Source of the DNA: Octopus sinensis
Taxonomy: Eukaryota
DNA: 64,000 nucleotides
Assembly: GCF_006345805.1 (NCBI RefSeq)
Contig: NC_043007.1
Location: forward strand, 73,470,001-73,534,000
Reading direction: 5' to 3'
Shown: positions 27,178 through 38,985 of the stretch, piece by piece
Numbering within the stretch: the first letter of the stretch is position 1
Layout: every line of letters starts with the position of its first letter
Position numbers and translations under genes: made by a program
Notes under the pieces: generated by a model
What the model saw: only the letters and a program-made list of their open reading frames with translations
Told to the model about the DNA's origin: nothing
Database searches by the model: none

Positions 27178-27745
27178 ATCATCATCATCATCATCATCAT
27201 CATCGTTTAACGTCCGTTCTCCATGCTAGCATGGGTTGGACGGTTCGACCGGGGATCTGGGAAGCCAGAAGGTTGCACCAGGCTCCAGTCTTATCTGGCA
27301 ATGTTTCTACAGCTGGATGCCCTTCCTAACGCCAACCACTCCGTGAGTGTAGTGGGTGCTTTTTACGTGCCACCTGCACAGGTGCCAGGCGAGGCTGGCA
27401 ACGGCCACGGTCGAATTGGTGTATTTTATGTGCCACCGGCACGGAAGCCAGTCGAGGTGGTGCTGGCATATATATATATATACATACACACACACACACA
27501 CACACATATTACTCTTTTACTCTGTTACTTATTTCAGTCAATTGGGTGTCAGGTGGTACTGGCAACGACCTCGCTCGAAATTTTTTTCACGTGCCACCAG
27601 CACAAGTGTCAGTAAGGCAATGCAGGTAACGATCACGCTTGAATGGTGTTTTTTTTTATGTGCCATCGGCATGGAGGCCAGCTGGTGCTCTGGCAATGAT
27701 CTCACTTGTATGGTACTCTTAGCGCTTCACTAGCACAAATGCCAG
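27178..27745 (-). mobile_element. RTE LINE 3' end interrupted by a microsatellite and SINE tail
   Basis: (CAT)n GTTTAACGTCCG...GGATGCCCTTCCTAACGCCAACC block. Confidence 0.7.
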
Positions 27746-27949
27746 TCATCGAATTTGATTTCAAGGACAGACTTCTTTCAGTTTCAGTTAACCAAATTCA
27801 CTGACCAAATCAACTCAAAAGGCTTTGATCAGCCCAAGACTTTAGTAAAAGACACTTGTCCAAGGTGTCACACAGTGGGACTGAACTCAGAATCATGTGG
27901 TCTGTAAGCAAGCTACTTACCACACAGCCACTCATGTGCCTATGTATAC

Positions 27950-27975
27950 GTTGATATATATATATATATATATAT

Positions 27976-28018
<43 letters not shown>

Positions 28019-28110
28019 CATATACACACATATCATCATCGTTTAACTTCCGTTTTCCATGCTAACATGGGTTGGCCATGTATACATATATACACATACA
28101 TATATATATA

Positions 28111-28159
<49 letters not shown>

Positions 28160-28210
28160 TATATATATATATATATACATTAATATATATATATATACAC
28201 ATATACACAT

Positions 28211-28261
<51 letters not shown>

Positions 28262-28336
28262 AATATATACATATATATATATGTACACATATATACATAT
28301 ATATATAGATACATATATACATATGCATATATATAC

Positions 28337-28375
<39 letters not shown>

Positions 28376-28480
28376 TATATATATATACATATATATACAT
28401 ATATATTATATATATATATACATATATATACACATATATACACAAACATATATATATATACACATAAATATAAATATATC
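27950..28480. repeat. Long imperfect (TA)n/(CA)n microsatellite
   Basis: Directly visible; source of many spurious YIYI ORFs. Confidence 0.95.
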
Positions 28481-28850
28481 ACCACTACTTTATTATCTCC
28501 TCTTCCCCCTTGCTCTCCTGTGTAACCCTGTGTCCGGCATTCGCCATGATAGATCACTAGTCACTACACATTCTTTATTTTCTCTCCTTGTTTCTTTCTG
28601 TGTTCCTTTCTATGGAAGATCGTAGGCTCGAAACATTAAAGACCTTTTCACTTCTCAAGCATTATACTAAGCCATCTGTTTGTTGTCTACACCACCTGTC
28701 TTTGTCTTTATATATATATATATATATATCAACAATCAAGGAACGGCCATAATAGGCCATTCACCCACTAGAAATAACAGCCAAAGCTTCAACCGCAAAA
28801 TAACATTAATTCCGCAAACCAGGAGAAAATTAAAAAACATTTACCCTGTA

Positions 28851-28957
28851 ATTTCTTATACGATGCACCGTTTCATCTACTGTTTAATGGTAAACTAACC
28901 TGATTAAATTAAATCAAGCCAATCTTCCATAGGCCCTTAGATTCGTCAGTAAGAAAT
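28851..28957 (-). ncRNA. Type I hammerhead ribozyme, copy 1
   Basis: AUUUCUUA-CUGACGA-AUCUA[58 nt]UAGAU-GAA-ACGGUGCAUCGU-A-UAAGAAAU: 8-bp stem I, intact core, GUA cleavage triplet. Confidence 0.85.
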
Positions 28958-29336
28958 AGCCAGATCGAACAGATATTTTCACGAGGCATTTCTGTCCCTG
29001 CCTCGGCAATATCTGACCTAAAATTTTCAAATCATCGCACTCGCGCCAAATTTATCGGCAGCAAATAAATATAAGCCGCCGATTCCATTACGGAATCAAC
29101 CAGAACATTCATAATTAATCAATATAGGGTGGCAAAAATTTTGTAGAATTTTTTTGCCACCAGCGGCCTAGTGGGAAAAAATTAAATAGTCATAGACCAT
29201 TTATAAGTTCAACATCAACAATCAAGGAACGGCCATAATAGGCCATTCACCCACTAGAAATAACAGCCAAAGCTTCAACCGCAAAATAACATTAATTCCG
29301 CAAACCAGGAGAAAATTAAAAAACATTTACCCTGTA

Positions 29337-29443
29337 ATTTCTTATACGATGCACCGTTTCATCTACTGTTTAATGGTAAACTAACCTGATTAAATTAAAT
29401 CAAGCCAATCTTCCATAGGCCCTTAGATTCGTCAGTAAGAAAT
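29337..29443 (-). ncRNA. Type I hammerhead ribozyme, copy 2
   Basis: Identical to 28851-28957, offset by 486 bp. Confidence 0.85.
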
Positions 29444-29548
29444 AGCCAGATCGGAACAGATATTTTCATGAGGCATTTCTGTCCCTGCCTCGGCAATATT
29501 TTACCTAAAATTTTCAAATCATCGCACTCGCGCCAAATATATATATAT

Positions 29549-29581
<33 letters not shown>

Positions 29582-29654
29582 TCTATATGTACATACATAA
29601 ATATATCATAATGAAAGTAATAATGAAACTAATATATATACATAGTGAAAGAAT

Positions 29655-29909
29655 TATCTCACATTACAACAGAGATGTTATTGTTTCACTTTTGAAACGT
29701 AATATTGAAATAGTGTAAGAGATAAGAGATTGCTCTGGGCTTGCATTAGGCAAGAAGTCGAAAATTTTTTGGGACCATGACACTGCATCGACCCTAAGTA
29801 AAGCACATGTAAAATTTGAATTAAATCGGTCGGGTAGTCCTTGAGTTTTAGTGATGCACACATATGGACACACAGACAGAGAGACATACATTTCCAGTTA
29901 TATGTAGAT
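29655..29909 (-). mobile_element. Helitron-like non-autonomous 5' fragment
   Basis: A|TCTACATATAA terminus; same family as 34470-34750. Confidence 0.5.
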
Positions 29910-29986
29910 GTGTGTGTGTGTGTGTGGTGTGTGTGCGTGTGTGTATGTGCATGCACGTGTGTGCATGTGTGTGTGTATATATATGC

Positions 29987-30021
<35 letters not shown>

Positions 30022-30059
30022 AGTATACATATGTGTGTGTGTGCATGTGTGTATGTGTA

Positions 30060-30103
<44 letters not shown>

Positions 30104-30150
30104 ATATATTATATATATATAACGGTTTTTTTCATAGCGTTTTTCAGATG

Positions 30151-30220
30151 GCCAGATAACCGAAGAGATGGTGTTGTGAATTTCCACCTCAGCATCCGAA
30201 ACTCAGAGTTTTATCCTGGC
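30151..30220 (+). ncRNA. Degenerate type I hammerhead
   Basis: GCCAGAUAA-CCGAAGA-GAUG..CAUCC-GAA-ACUCAGAGU-U-UUAUCCUGGC; U4 changed to C and stem II slipped. Confidence 0.55.
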
Positions 30221-30251
30221 TATTGAATAATTGTCACATATTATTTTACAG

Positions 30252-30285
<34 letters not shown>

Positions 30286-31111
30286 TATATATACATATAC
30301 ATAGGCAAATCAAAAAAAAAATGTCAACAACTATGGAAAAGGGTGCATGTTGCAACGAACATTTTAGTGAAAATAGTAAATGAGCGGAAATCGGCGAGTT
30401 TGTTAAATTAATAAGGCACTAAATGAGAATGACTCTGCCCAGATACAATAAAATATGCTTCAACACATGAACTCATTTAAAGGATCTTGCAAACCAAATA
30501 CAAAAATGGAAAAAAAAACTAAACAAAAACTAAAAAAGTCAAAGGCATGATTCAGTGAATGTATTAAGTTGACACTCAGTTTAAAAAGGGAAAAAGAGGG
30601 CAGGGTGACATTTCTAGCATGGCTTTTGTCAGAAAGAGGAAAGAGAAAGGTCTGGAGAGAAGGAAAAGAATAGCCTGAGAAAAGCACATGTGTGGCTAGA
30701 CAGACAATAGAGAGAGATGGGGAGATAAAGAGACAGAGATAGGAAGGAGAAATGGAGATAGTCAAACAGACAAGACAAAAGGAAATGGGTTCAGGTGTAG
30801 TATATAATCTACATACATGTTTCTGGTATAGCTTGTGATCTACATTAATTCAAATGGTATAGTTTGTACATTATTTACATTCGATGGATATTTGTCCTCA
30901 TCTTGTTTGTTGTTAACACAACGCTTCGGTTGAAATACACTTCAGCCTTCTTCAGATGCCTTGGGGAAATTTCGAACCTGGGTTCTCATTCCTAAGGTAT
31001 TTTTCGATGTTGTTATTATTATTATTATATTATTATTATTATATTATTATTATTATTATTATTGTTCAGGTCACTGCTTGGAATCTCCAAGTAGTGACCT
31101 GAATAATAATG

Positions 31112-31149
<38 letters not shown>

Positions 31150-31310
31150 CATAATAATAATAATAATGATAATGATAATAATGATAATAATAATAATTAA
31201 TAATAATAATAATAATAATAAATAATAATGATAATAATGATGATGATGATGATGATGATGATCATAATAAAATAATAATAATAATAATAATAAATAATAA
31301 TAATAATAAT

Positions 31311-31896
31311 ACCTCACTCCTCTGGAACTTCACCATTCAAACTGACAGGAAGATAGATGCAAATAGGCCAGACATCATTGAAAGACTTCAAACAAAGAAC
31401 ATGCCTCCTCATTGATATGACTGTCCCAATCGATATAAACGTATCTGTCAGGACCTACCAAAAACTGAGCAATATAAAGATCTTGAAATAGAAATCAGCA
31501 GCAAATGTGGAAGCTGAAGACTAAAACAATACCTGTTGTCATAGGTGCCCTGGGAATGATAGCAAAAAAGGGCTGATAGCTACCTAACTCAGATACCAGG
31601 AAACCCAAATGGCAGAAGTTCAAAAGATAGTGCTCATGGGAACTGCTCATATCCTACGCAAAATACTCTCTATGTAACCTCAAGGTTTAAAACAACCATA
31701 ATTTTCGGTTTAAAAAAAAAAAAAAAAAAAAACTTTTTTTTTTTTTAGACATTCATTAGTACAACATCCCCACCCCCCAAATATATGGCACACTAGGCAT
31801 AACAACAACATGAACTTCTAACCCTGTTGTCTCTTGAGGTCTCTGGGTGAGACTTGGAGCCAACTTGTACAAATATAAAGCAAAAGTCAAACATAG

Positions 31897-31897
<1 letters not shown>
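31311..31897 (+). mobile_element. 5'-truncated R4/Dong-like non-LTR retrotransposon (restriction-like endonuclease domain) in (TAA)n
   Basis: LWNFTIQTDRKIDANRPDII..CLLIDMTVP..KYKDLEIEI..IPVVIGALG..AHILRKILSM* (frameshifted; stop at 31675-31677); (TAA)n on both sides. Confidence 0.8.
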
Positions 31898-31928
<31 letters not shown>

Positions 31929-31997
31929 CAACAACAATAATAATAATAACATTGAAAAATACCTTAGGAATGAGAACCCAGGTTCGAAATTTCCCCA

Positions 31998-32043
31998 AGA
32001 CACTGAAGAAGGCTGGAGGGTATATCAGCCGAAACGTTGTGTT
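31998..32043 (+). ncRNA. Minimal hammerhead-like motif (ACGU palindromic stem III)
   Basis: GACA-CUGAAGA-A-GGCUG[10]CAGCC-GAA-ACGU-U-GUGUU; one C of stem I is missing relative to the 19824 copy. Confidence 0.55.
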
Positions 32044-33003
32044 AACAACAAACAAGATGAGGACAAATATCTGTCGAATGTAAATGTAAATAATGTAAAT
32101 AATGTACATAATTCCTCATCTCTTAAATATAGAACGGTATAGTTTGCGATCTACACCGAGTTTTTGATTTACATTTAAAATTCATCTATTCACTCGACTT
32201 CTGGTTGGTTTGGTATATAAACCTAAAAAACTTTCATGATTTAAACACTTTTAGTCCTGATCCCATTGAAAGAAGTCATGATGAGAGCAAAAGAATTTTA
32301 CACACAGATTATTTGAGAGAATTTTGATAAGAGCAAAAGAATTTTACACACAGGTTATTTGTGAGAATTTTGTATGTAGATCACAAGCTAGTCTAGATTT
32401 AAGTTGCTGTAGATCACAATGGCATGTAGATCACATACTGCACAGGTGTGAAACCTACCAATACTAAACCATTCTATCTAAACTTACTCAAGCACCAACT
32501 TCTCATCAAAGCATATTGTCAAATCTTTGTTTTGTAAACCCTGCTTTTCTGGAATTAGTCTCTTTATCCTTCTTCCCTCATCAACAGCTGACCTTCAGGA
32601 ATTAATAGTAAGCATTGTTTGTATCAGTTGACTCATCTGATATGAGAAATATGGAAGAGGATGTCAGCATTAGTCTTCTAATTCAGACCAACCAATAAAA
32701 AAAAATAAAAGTGAATAAAATAAGGAGAGCAACTAAGAAGAAAGTTGTAGTCATTGGTTTTGACCATGTGGCATAGTTTAGAGTGCAAGTATGCTTGAGT
32801 GACAAAGTAGAGTGGAATGTTTGAGAAAGAAGAATAAATAGAAAGATAATTACTGACTTGCTTCATCTTCCTGTAGTAGAAACACTGTGAAATGAAGCAG
32901 AGCAACACAAACTAGAACAGCTCATACTTAAAAATCTTCATAGCTTTAAAATAGTTATTCTAAATAATATTGTAAGAGAGAAAAAATATGAAAATTATTT
33001 GCT

Positions 33004-33927
33004 ACTAGCAGAGATACCCGGCGTTGCCCGTGTTACATGCAATTGAAGAATTAGACTTTTCTGTTATATTTTCTCTAATGAACTGGAATACCTATCATTT
33101 GAATTTCATCAAAATTGTAGACGAGGGTTCTTTCCCTCTTTACACACCCTAAAAAAAATTCTATTTATGATACATGTATCCCATACTACTTATCTTTATG
33201 TGCAGATTCCAAAATTTCAGTCTTATGGAACATGTTAAAAGGATTTTGCTCCTGAAAAATGGAGGTCATGGAGCTCTAAAATGTGGGATTAAGGCCCCTA
33301 TTGGGGGTGGGTGTCTTAATGTCAACCAGAGAAGTTGAATTGTTAAGAATCTTTTTAACTTGGGTCTTATATCTATTGTTTGAACTTGTTTGAAATAGGA
33401 AATATATGTATGTTCACTGGGTTTGTAAAAGAGAGCAAAGCTACAGGAAACCAAAAGACAAATGATCACAATAAACAGTCAGCTATCCTACACTAGTTGG
33501 TACCACTCTCAATGTAGGATTCCTCACCATACAGATGACAAGCACAGCCATAAGATGCATTATGGATCTATAGCAATTGGAAGGGCATGACCCAATTCAA
33601 ATAAACACTAACAATTGTGTGACATGAGGGCTAAGGAGAAATGAAAGTGTCACCTCTGGAGTTTGCAACTGACCACTGTACTGATAGGTAACAGGATAGA
33701 ATAAATTTACAATCTATAAATGTCTTTGAATAACCAGTCACTCATCCAAATATCATAAGGATCCATTCAGTAATTTTGCTCCATGAAATTGTATGAAACA
33801 CACAGGATTACCCTTCTCCCTAGGCTTGGATTTTTTGTTCCAAATTTCATTAGGATCGGTGCAATAGTTTTCGAATGTATAAGTAACACACGAACACACA
33901 TAAGACATTGACATTTATATAATAGAT
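33004..33927 (-). mobile_element. Non-autonomous Helitron
   Basis: A|TCTATTATATAAA start; CGGGCAACGCCGGG hairpin plus CTAG|T end. Confidence 0.65.
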
Positions 33928-34092
33928 ATGAATATGCACATACACATACATGTATATATATATGTGTGTGTGAGTGTATTATATATATATACTGATGTCT
34001 GCACATATATACATACACACACACACACACACAAAAAGATAAATTGATAGATACAACTGAGTGGGCAAATAAAAATAAGAGACACTGCCAAG

Positions 34093-34402
34093 TGCTTTTT
34101 TGTTAAGCCTGGTACTTATTCTATCAGTTTCTTCTTGTCAAACCAGTAAGTTATGGAGATGTAAATAAACGAACAGCAGCTGTGAAGCAGTGATGAGGGA
34201 GAAACACTGAGACAAAGACACACACATACACTTACATATATATACGATTGATTTCTTTCAGTTTCTGTCTACGAAATCCACTCTTTGGTTGGTCTGAGGC
34301 TAAAGCAGAAGACACATGCCAAGTCACCACACAGTGGGACTGAACCCAGGACCATGTATTATGGAACCAAGTTTCTTACCACACAGCCACACCTGCACCT
34401 AT
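34093..34402 (-). mobile_element. Diverged SINE family A
   Basis: Colinear similarity to other family A copies. Confidence 0.65.
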
Positions 34403-34469
34403 GTATCTATGTGTGTGTGTATGGGTGTGTATGGGTGTATATATGTATGCCTGTATATATGTGAAATAA

Positions 34470-34750
34470 TAGCTTCACTTTAATAGTTTCAGTATTAAAG
34501 TGAAAATATCTGACATTAAAATAGATAGATATTATTCACTTTGACATGTAATACTGAAATAGTGGAGAAGATATGATATTACTCTGGGCTCACACTAGGT
34601 AAGAGGTTAAAACTTTTTGGGGCCTATGACACTACATGGACCCTAAGTAAGGTATGTGTAAAATTTGAATGAAATTGGTTGTGTAGTTTTCAAGTTTTAG
34701 AGATTCACACAGACAGAGAGACACACATTCTCATCTTTATATATATAGAT
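34470..34750 (-). mobile_element. Helitron-like non-autonomous 5' fragment
   Basis: A|TCTATATATATAAAG terminus; homologous to 29655-29909. Confidence 0.5.
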
Positions 34751-35839
34751 AGATAGATGGGTTGTTGAATGTAGATATTTGTTTTTGACAATCAAGTTCA
34801 AGCTGCCATTAAATAATTACATATAGACAAACAAGGGATATGTTTATCAGTTATTAAAAAAGATCATTTATTAAAAATATCAAGCCAGTAGAGGGAATTT
34901 ATTGAACAACTGATTTACATTTATCATCATAACCATAGTCCATAGTTCTAAAAATCATAGGTGGAACAAACAGAACACTCTTTTACTTCAACTTGTTCTG
35001 AATAAGATGTTGCATTTTATTATAGATTAGTATTATCTCTGGCAACATTTCTGCACTGTCTCTTGCCTTGTGATGTCTGTCTTAAGCTGGTTTATGTGTG
35101 ATCCATTTGGATTATTTGGTTGACTCATTAGCAGTATTTGAATAGTATTTTTAGCATTATGCATTACCACCCAGGCTTTTAATGCATGTCTGTGTTGTAT
35201 ATCTGGTTTGGTAAGGTATATGCACTTATATAATGAGCATTTAATGCTAAGGACTTTTTTGGTTGAATTATTGGAATAAATAAATGATATTGTCTGAATG
35301 TTACAATTAGTTCCAGAGGTAGATAAATGGTAGTTACAGTTCATAGTTGTTAGGATTCAATGGTGGTGTTTGAGAAGGATTCAATGGTGGTGATAGTAAA
35401 CAGCAATGAAACTTGTATAATAGAATTAGAGGTTACACTATTATCAGAAGAAATTAATTGTGTATTCATTGGATGTGCAGCATTTAGTACAAATGAATTT
35501 AGGAACACTGTCTAGAGATAAACCTTTATATAGCAAGTATCATAAGTTTGTAGTTCATATCCTACTTATGTCATTGGCATACCTCTTTCCGTGTTTTAAT
35601 TCCTCAGCTATTTCCATAACATACTTTGAATTAACCTGAAGACTTTCCATATTCATTTTTACACATGTCACTATTCTACAATATCCCAATTTTAGCAAAT
35701 ACCTAATATTCTTTGTCCTTCAATATGAGGAGAAAAATCCTTTGTTTCAAATAAAGGTGAGCAAATCTCCACAATGTTATTAATGTAGCTGCCACGTTGT
35801 TACTCACCAAAACCACCACCACCACAAGTGTTCAGTAAT

Positions 35840-36414
35840 GATCAGAAGGAAAGACATGTTGGTGGCAGCAGGGAGGTGGTTGAGCCCATGACTTCCAATC
35901 CAAGAGGACTTGAGTTTCTGGTGACTTGTGGTGACAGTTGGATCTTCTGTTATGATCCAGAGTGTCTAGTGAAAGCATCCTTGTTCCCCTAGAGCTAAGA
36001 AGGCCAGGCAAAGCAAGTCCACTGAGGAGCTCATAATGATTCCCTCTTTCAACAGCAAGGGCATCATCTACATCCACTGGGCCAGACAGTCCACAAAGAA
36101 TACTATGTAGAAGCTAACCCTCCTTACAGTCTAGACCTTGCTCACTGTGACTTTTGGTTGTTCACAAGCCAAAGGAGAATCTCAGGAGGCAGTTGCCTAG
36201 AAGACATAAAAGATGAAGAAGGCTGTGACAAGGATTCTGGACACTTTCACTTTGGAGGACTTCCATGGGGCTTTCACAAAATGGCCAAAGAACTACAATA
36301 AGTGCATTGACGTAAGAGGATCCTATTCTTATGGCGATTACAGTTTTGTATTTCTCTGAAATTAATAAATGTGTCTCCTGAAGAAGTCTTAAAACTTCTG
36401 GAACACACCTTGTA
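35840..36414 (+). mobile_element. Degenerate mariner 3' half
   Basis: LVTCGDSWIFCYDP, KKARQSKST, PYSLDLAHCDFWLF and YNKCI blocks; ends ...GGAACACACCTTGTA. Confidence 0.75.
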
Positions 36415-36635
36415 TTTTCCCCAAACTATAATAATTTACAAGTTTAAAAATACTTTTATATAAATGTAATCTCTCAGCTGATTAGTTGTTCCAAAAGTAA
36501 GGAAGAAAATTGTCTGGTTAAGTATTGACAAATTCTATGAAAGGAACAAAGTCATAGATAATAATTATGATTCCTTTTCAATAACTGGTTTGATAAGTTA
36601 TATGCATTTATACAATGAACCCTTATAATACTATC

Positions 36636-37015
36636 TTTATCTTTTACTTGTTTCAGTCATTAGATTGCAGATATAGTTGGGCACACCTTGAAAAATTTTA
36701 ATTGAATGAACCGACCCCAGCAATTATTTTTGCTTTTAAGCCTGGCATTTATCCTATTGACCTCTTTTGCCTAACTGCTAAGTTAAACACTTCAACACCG
36801 GTTGTAGGGCAGTGGTGAGGAACAAACACATACCAACATGTGTGTATACATGATGGACTTTTTTCAGTTCTTGTCTACCACATCCATTCACAAAGCTTTG
36901 GTTGATGTGAGGCTCTAGGAGAAGACATTTACCCTAGGTGCCATATAGTAGGACTGAACCCTGAACCATATGGTTAGGAAGCAAACTTCTTACTACACAT
37001 CCATGCCTGCACCTA
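36636..37015 (-). mobile_element. Old SINE family A
   Basis: Colinear degenerate similarity. Confidence 0.65.
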
Positions 37016-37885
37016 CAAAGGATTTTTAGGTTAAATTACTGAAATAAGAGGGTAAATCATTTTACCTGAATGACTATCAGTTCAAGAGATAGACTAATGG
37101 AAGTTTACATAATTTAAAGGTAGACTTATCCATCCAAACTCAAAGCTTTCTGTAACTCAGCAACTGTTCCTCAACAACAAGAATAATGAGAAGTTCATAA
37201 CAGTTTGGCTGAAATGGCTGGAATCCACTTTTAAACTGTGCTTCTGTTTCCTTCAAGTTGATTCATCATTTGTGAAAAAAGAGGTCCAGAGATGAGTCAA
37301 GTATTAACAATATTTTTACTCTCAACCATTAGGACCATTAATGGTACAAATTCAAATATTTAGAAAATTTGTCTGTTTTAGCTAAAATTTGGCTTTTAGA
37401 AAAAATGTTGGTCACATGTGCCAGAACAAACTATACACATCAAACCAAACTTGTTCTTTTCACTTAACATGTTTCTGTTATATACTCATATTGATTATTT
37501 ACATTTGTTTATTTTTATTTTTGTTACTATTTAATTAACTGTAAACATTTTTTGTTAGCTTTGCTTAAAATAAACTCAAATATATTGTTAATAAATTGTT
37601 CAAAAGACATTTTGTGAGTAGAGCCTAAACTTGAACATTTTTTCCCAATTAATTGCCAAATAAATCCTTATTCCAAAAGTCTCATTTTTTTGTTGTCTGA
37701 GCTGAATGTTGGTGGAGATATCTTTGAGTTGAGATCAAAATATAAAAAACAGTTTTATTCATAGAGACTGTTTGATAGTAATTCTGCATTCCTAGATGAG
37801 TCTGATACACAGCTTCAGAAATTCACCAGATACATTAAGTTTCCTTGCTCTGAGCTTGCTCTTGTGCTAGATATTTACACTTACA

Positions 37886-38215
37886 TGAAGGTGCACGGCT
37901 TAGTGGTTTGGGTATTTGGTTCACAATCATAAGGTTGTGAGTTCAATTCCTGGCCATGCATTGTGTCCTTGAGCAACACTTTATTTCACAGTGCTCTAGT
38001 TCACTCAACTAACAAACATGAGTAGTACCTGTAATTCAAAGAGCCAGCCTTGTCACATTCTGTGTCATGCTGAATCTCCCTGAGAACTACTTTTAGGGTT
38101 TGTGTGTCTGAGGAGTGCTCCACCACTTGCATGTTAATTTCAAGAGCAGGCTGTTCCATTGATCAGATCAACTGGAACCCTTGTTGTCATAACCGACAGA
38201 GTGTCAGTTTTCCAG
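37886..38215 (+). mobile_element. tRNA-derived SINE (family D)
   Basis: GGCTTAGTGG A box, GAGTTCAATTCC B box, GTGTCCTTGAGCAA core; inverted relatives at 61915-62100 and 63025-63215. Confidence 0.65.
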
Positions 38216-38299
38216 TCATATTTATTTTTCTTCAGTGGTCACTTTTTCAAATTTGTCGACTCTTCTGCTAATTCAACTTAGCTTGTTATATTTGTTGGT

Positions 38300-38683
38300 C
38301 ATGTGGCATGTAAAAAGCACCATTTGAACGTGATTTTTACCAGCATTGCCTTACTGGCACTTGAGCCGGTGGCACGTGAACAAAACATTCGAGCGAGGTC
38401 GTTGCCAGTGCCGCTGGACTGACTCCTGTGCAGGTGGTACGTAAAAAACACCATTTCAAGTGTGACCGTTGCCAGTACCGCCAGACTGGCCCTTGTGCCG
38501 GTGGCACATAAAAGCACCCACTACACTCTCGGAGTGGTTGGCATTAGGAAGGGTATGAAACTGTAGAAACTCTGCCAAATCAGATTGGAGCCTGGTGCAG
38601 CCATCTGGTTCACCAGTCCTCAGTCAAATCTTCCAACCCATGCTAGCATGGAAAGCGGACGTTAAATGATGATGATGATGATG
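38300..38683 (+). mobile_element. RTE LINE 3' end
   Basis: Modular UTR plus GGACGTTAAATGATGATG tail. Confidence 0.75.
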
Positions 38684-38789
38684 TTGCTAAATCATAGGAT
38701 TGTATTAATAACAGTATGACCATTTTTTTAAATAATCTCATTGTATTGTATCAATAAGTTTATGCTAATGTTATTCATCTTTATATAAA

Positions 38790-38985
38790 GTGGCAAGCTG
38801 GCAGAAATGTTAGTACACCAGACAAAATGCTTAGTGGCATTGAGTTTAAATTCCTCCGTGGTTGACTTTGCCTTTCATCCTTTCAGGGCCAATAAAATAT
38901 GTACCAGTCAAGCACTAGAGTCAATATAATTGACTTACCCCTCCCCTTAAATTGCTGGTCTTGAGCCAAAATTTGAAACCAGTAT
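38790..38985 (+). mobile_element. Nin-domain-like SINE
   Basis: GTTGACTTTGCCTTTCATCCTTTCAGGG core. Confidence 0.6.

Larger units (their letters stand above)
28728..29538 (-). mobile_element. Retrozyme-like or Penelope pseudo-LTR-like element: 1.67 tandem copies of a 486-bp HHR-bearing unit within (TA)n
   Basis: ATCAACAATCAAGG at 28728 and 29214; direct head-to-tail junction; (TA)n on both flanks; no ORF. Confidence 0.85.
30867..32135. mobile_element. Palindromic (head-to-head) non-autonomous retroelement with 11-bp TSD
   Basis: Left arm is the reverse complement of the right arm; central 18-bp stem near 31064-31102; GGTATAGTTTG at 30856-30866 and 32136-32146. Confidence 0.75.

Noticed and set aside
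35033-35520. Unique-looking region with a 103-aa minus ORF and a short direct repeat
   Set aside because: Stops in the alternative frames, no recognisable protein and no paired splice sites
37886-37960. tRNA-like A and B boxes (also 20985, 46311, 58018)
   Set aside because: No cloverleaf; each continues into a SINE body
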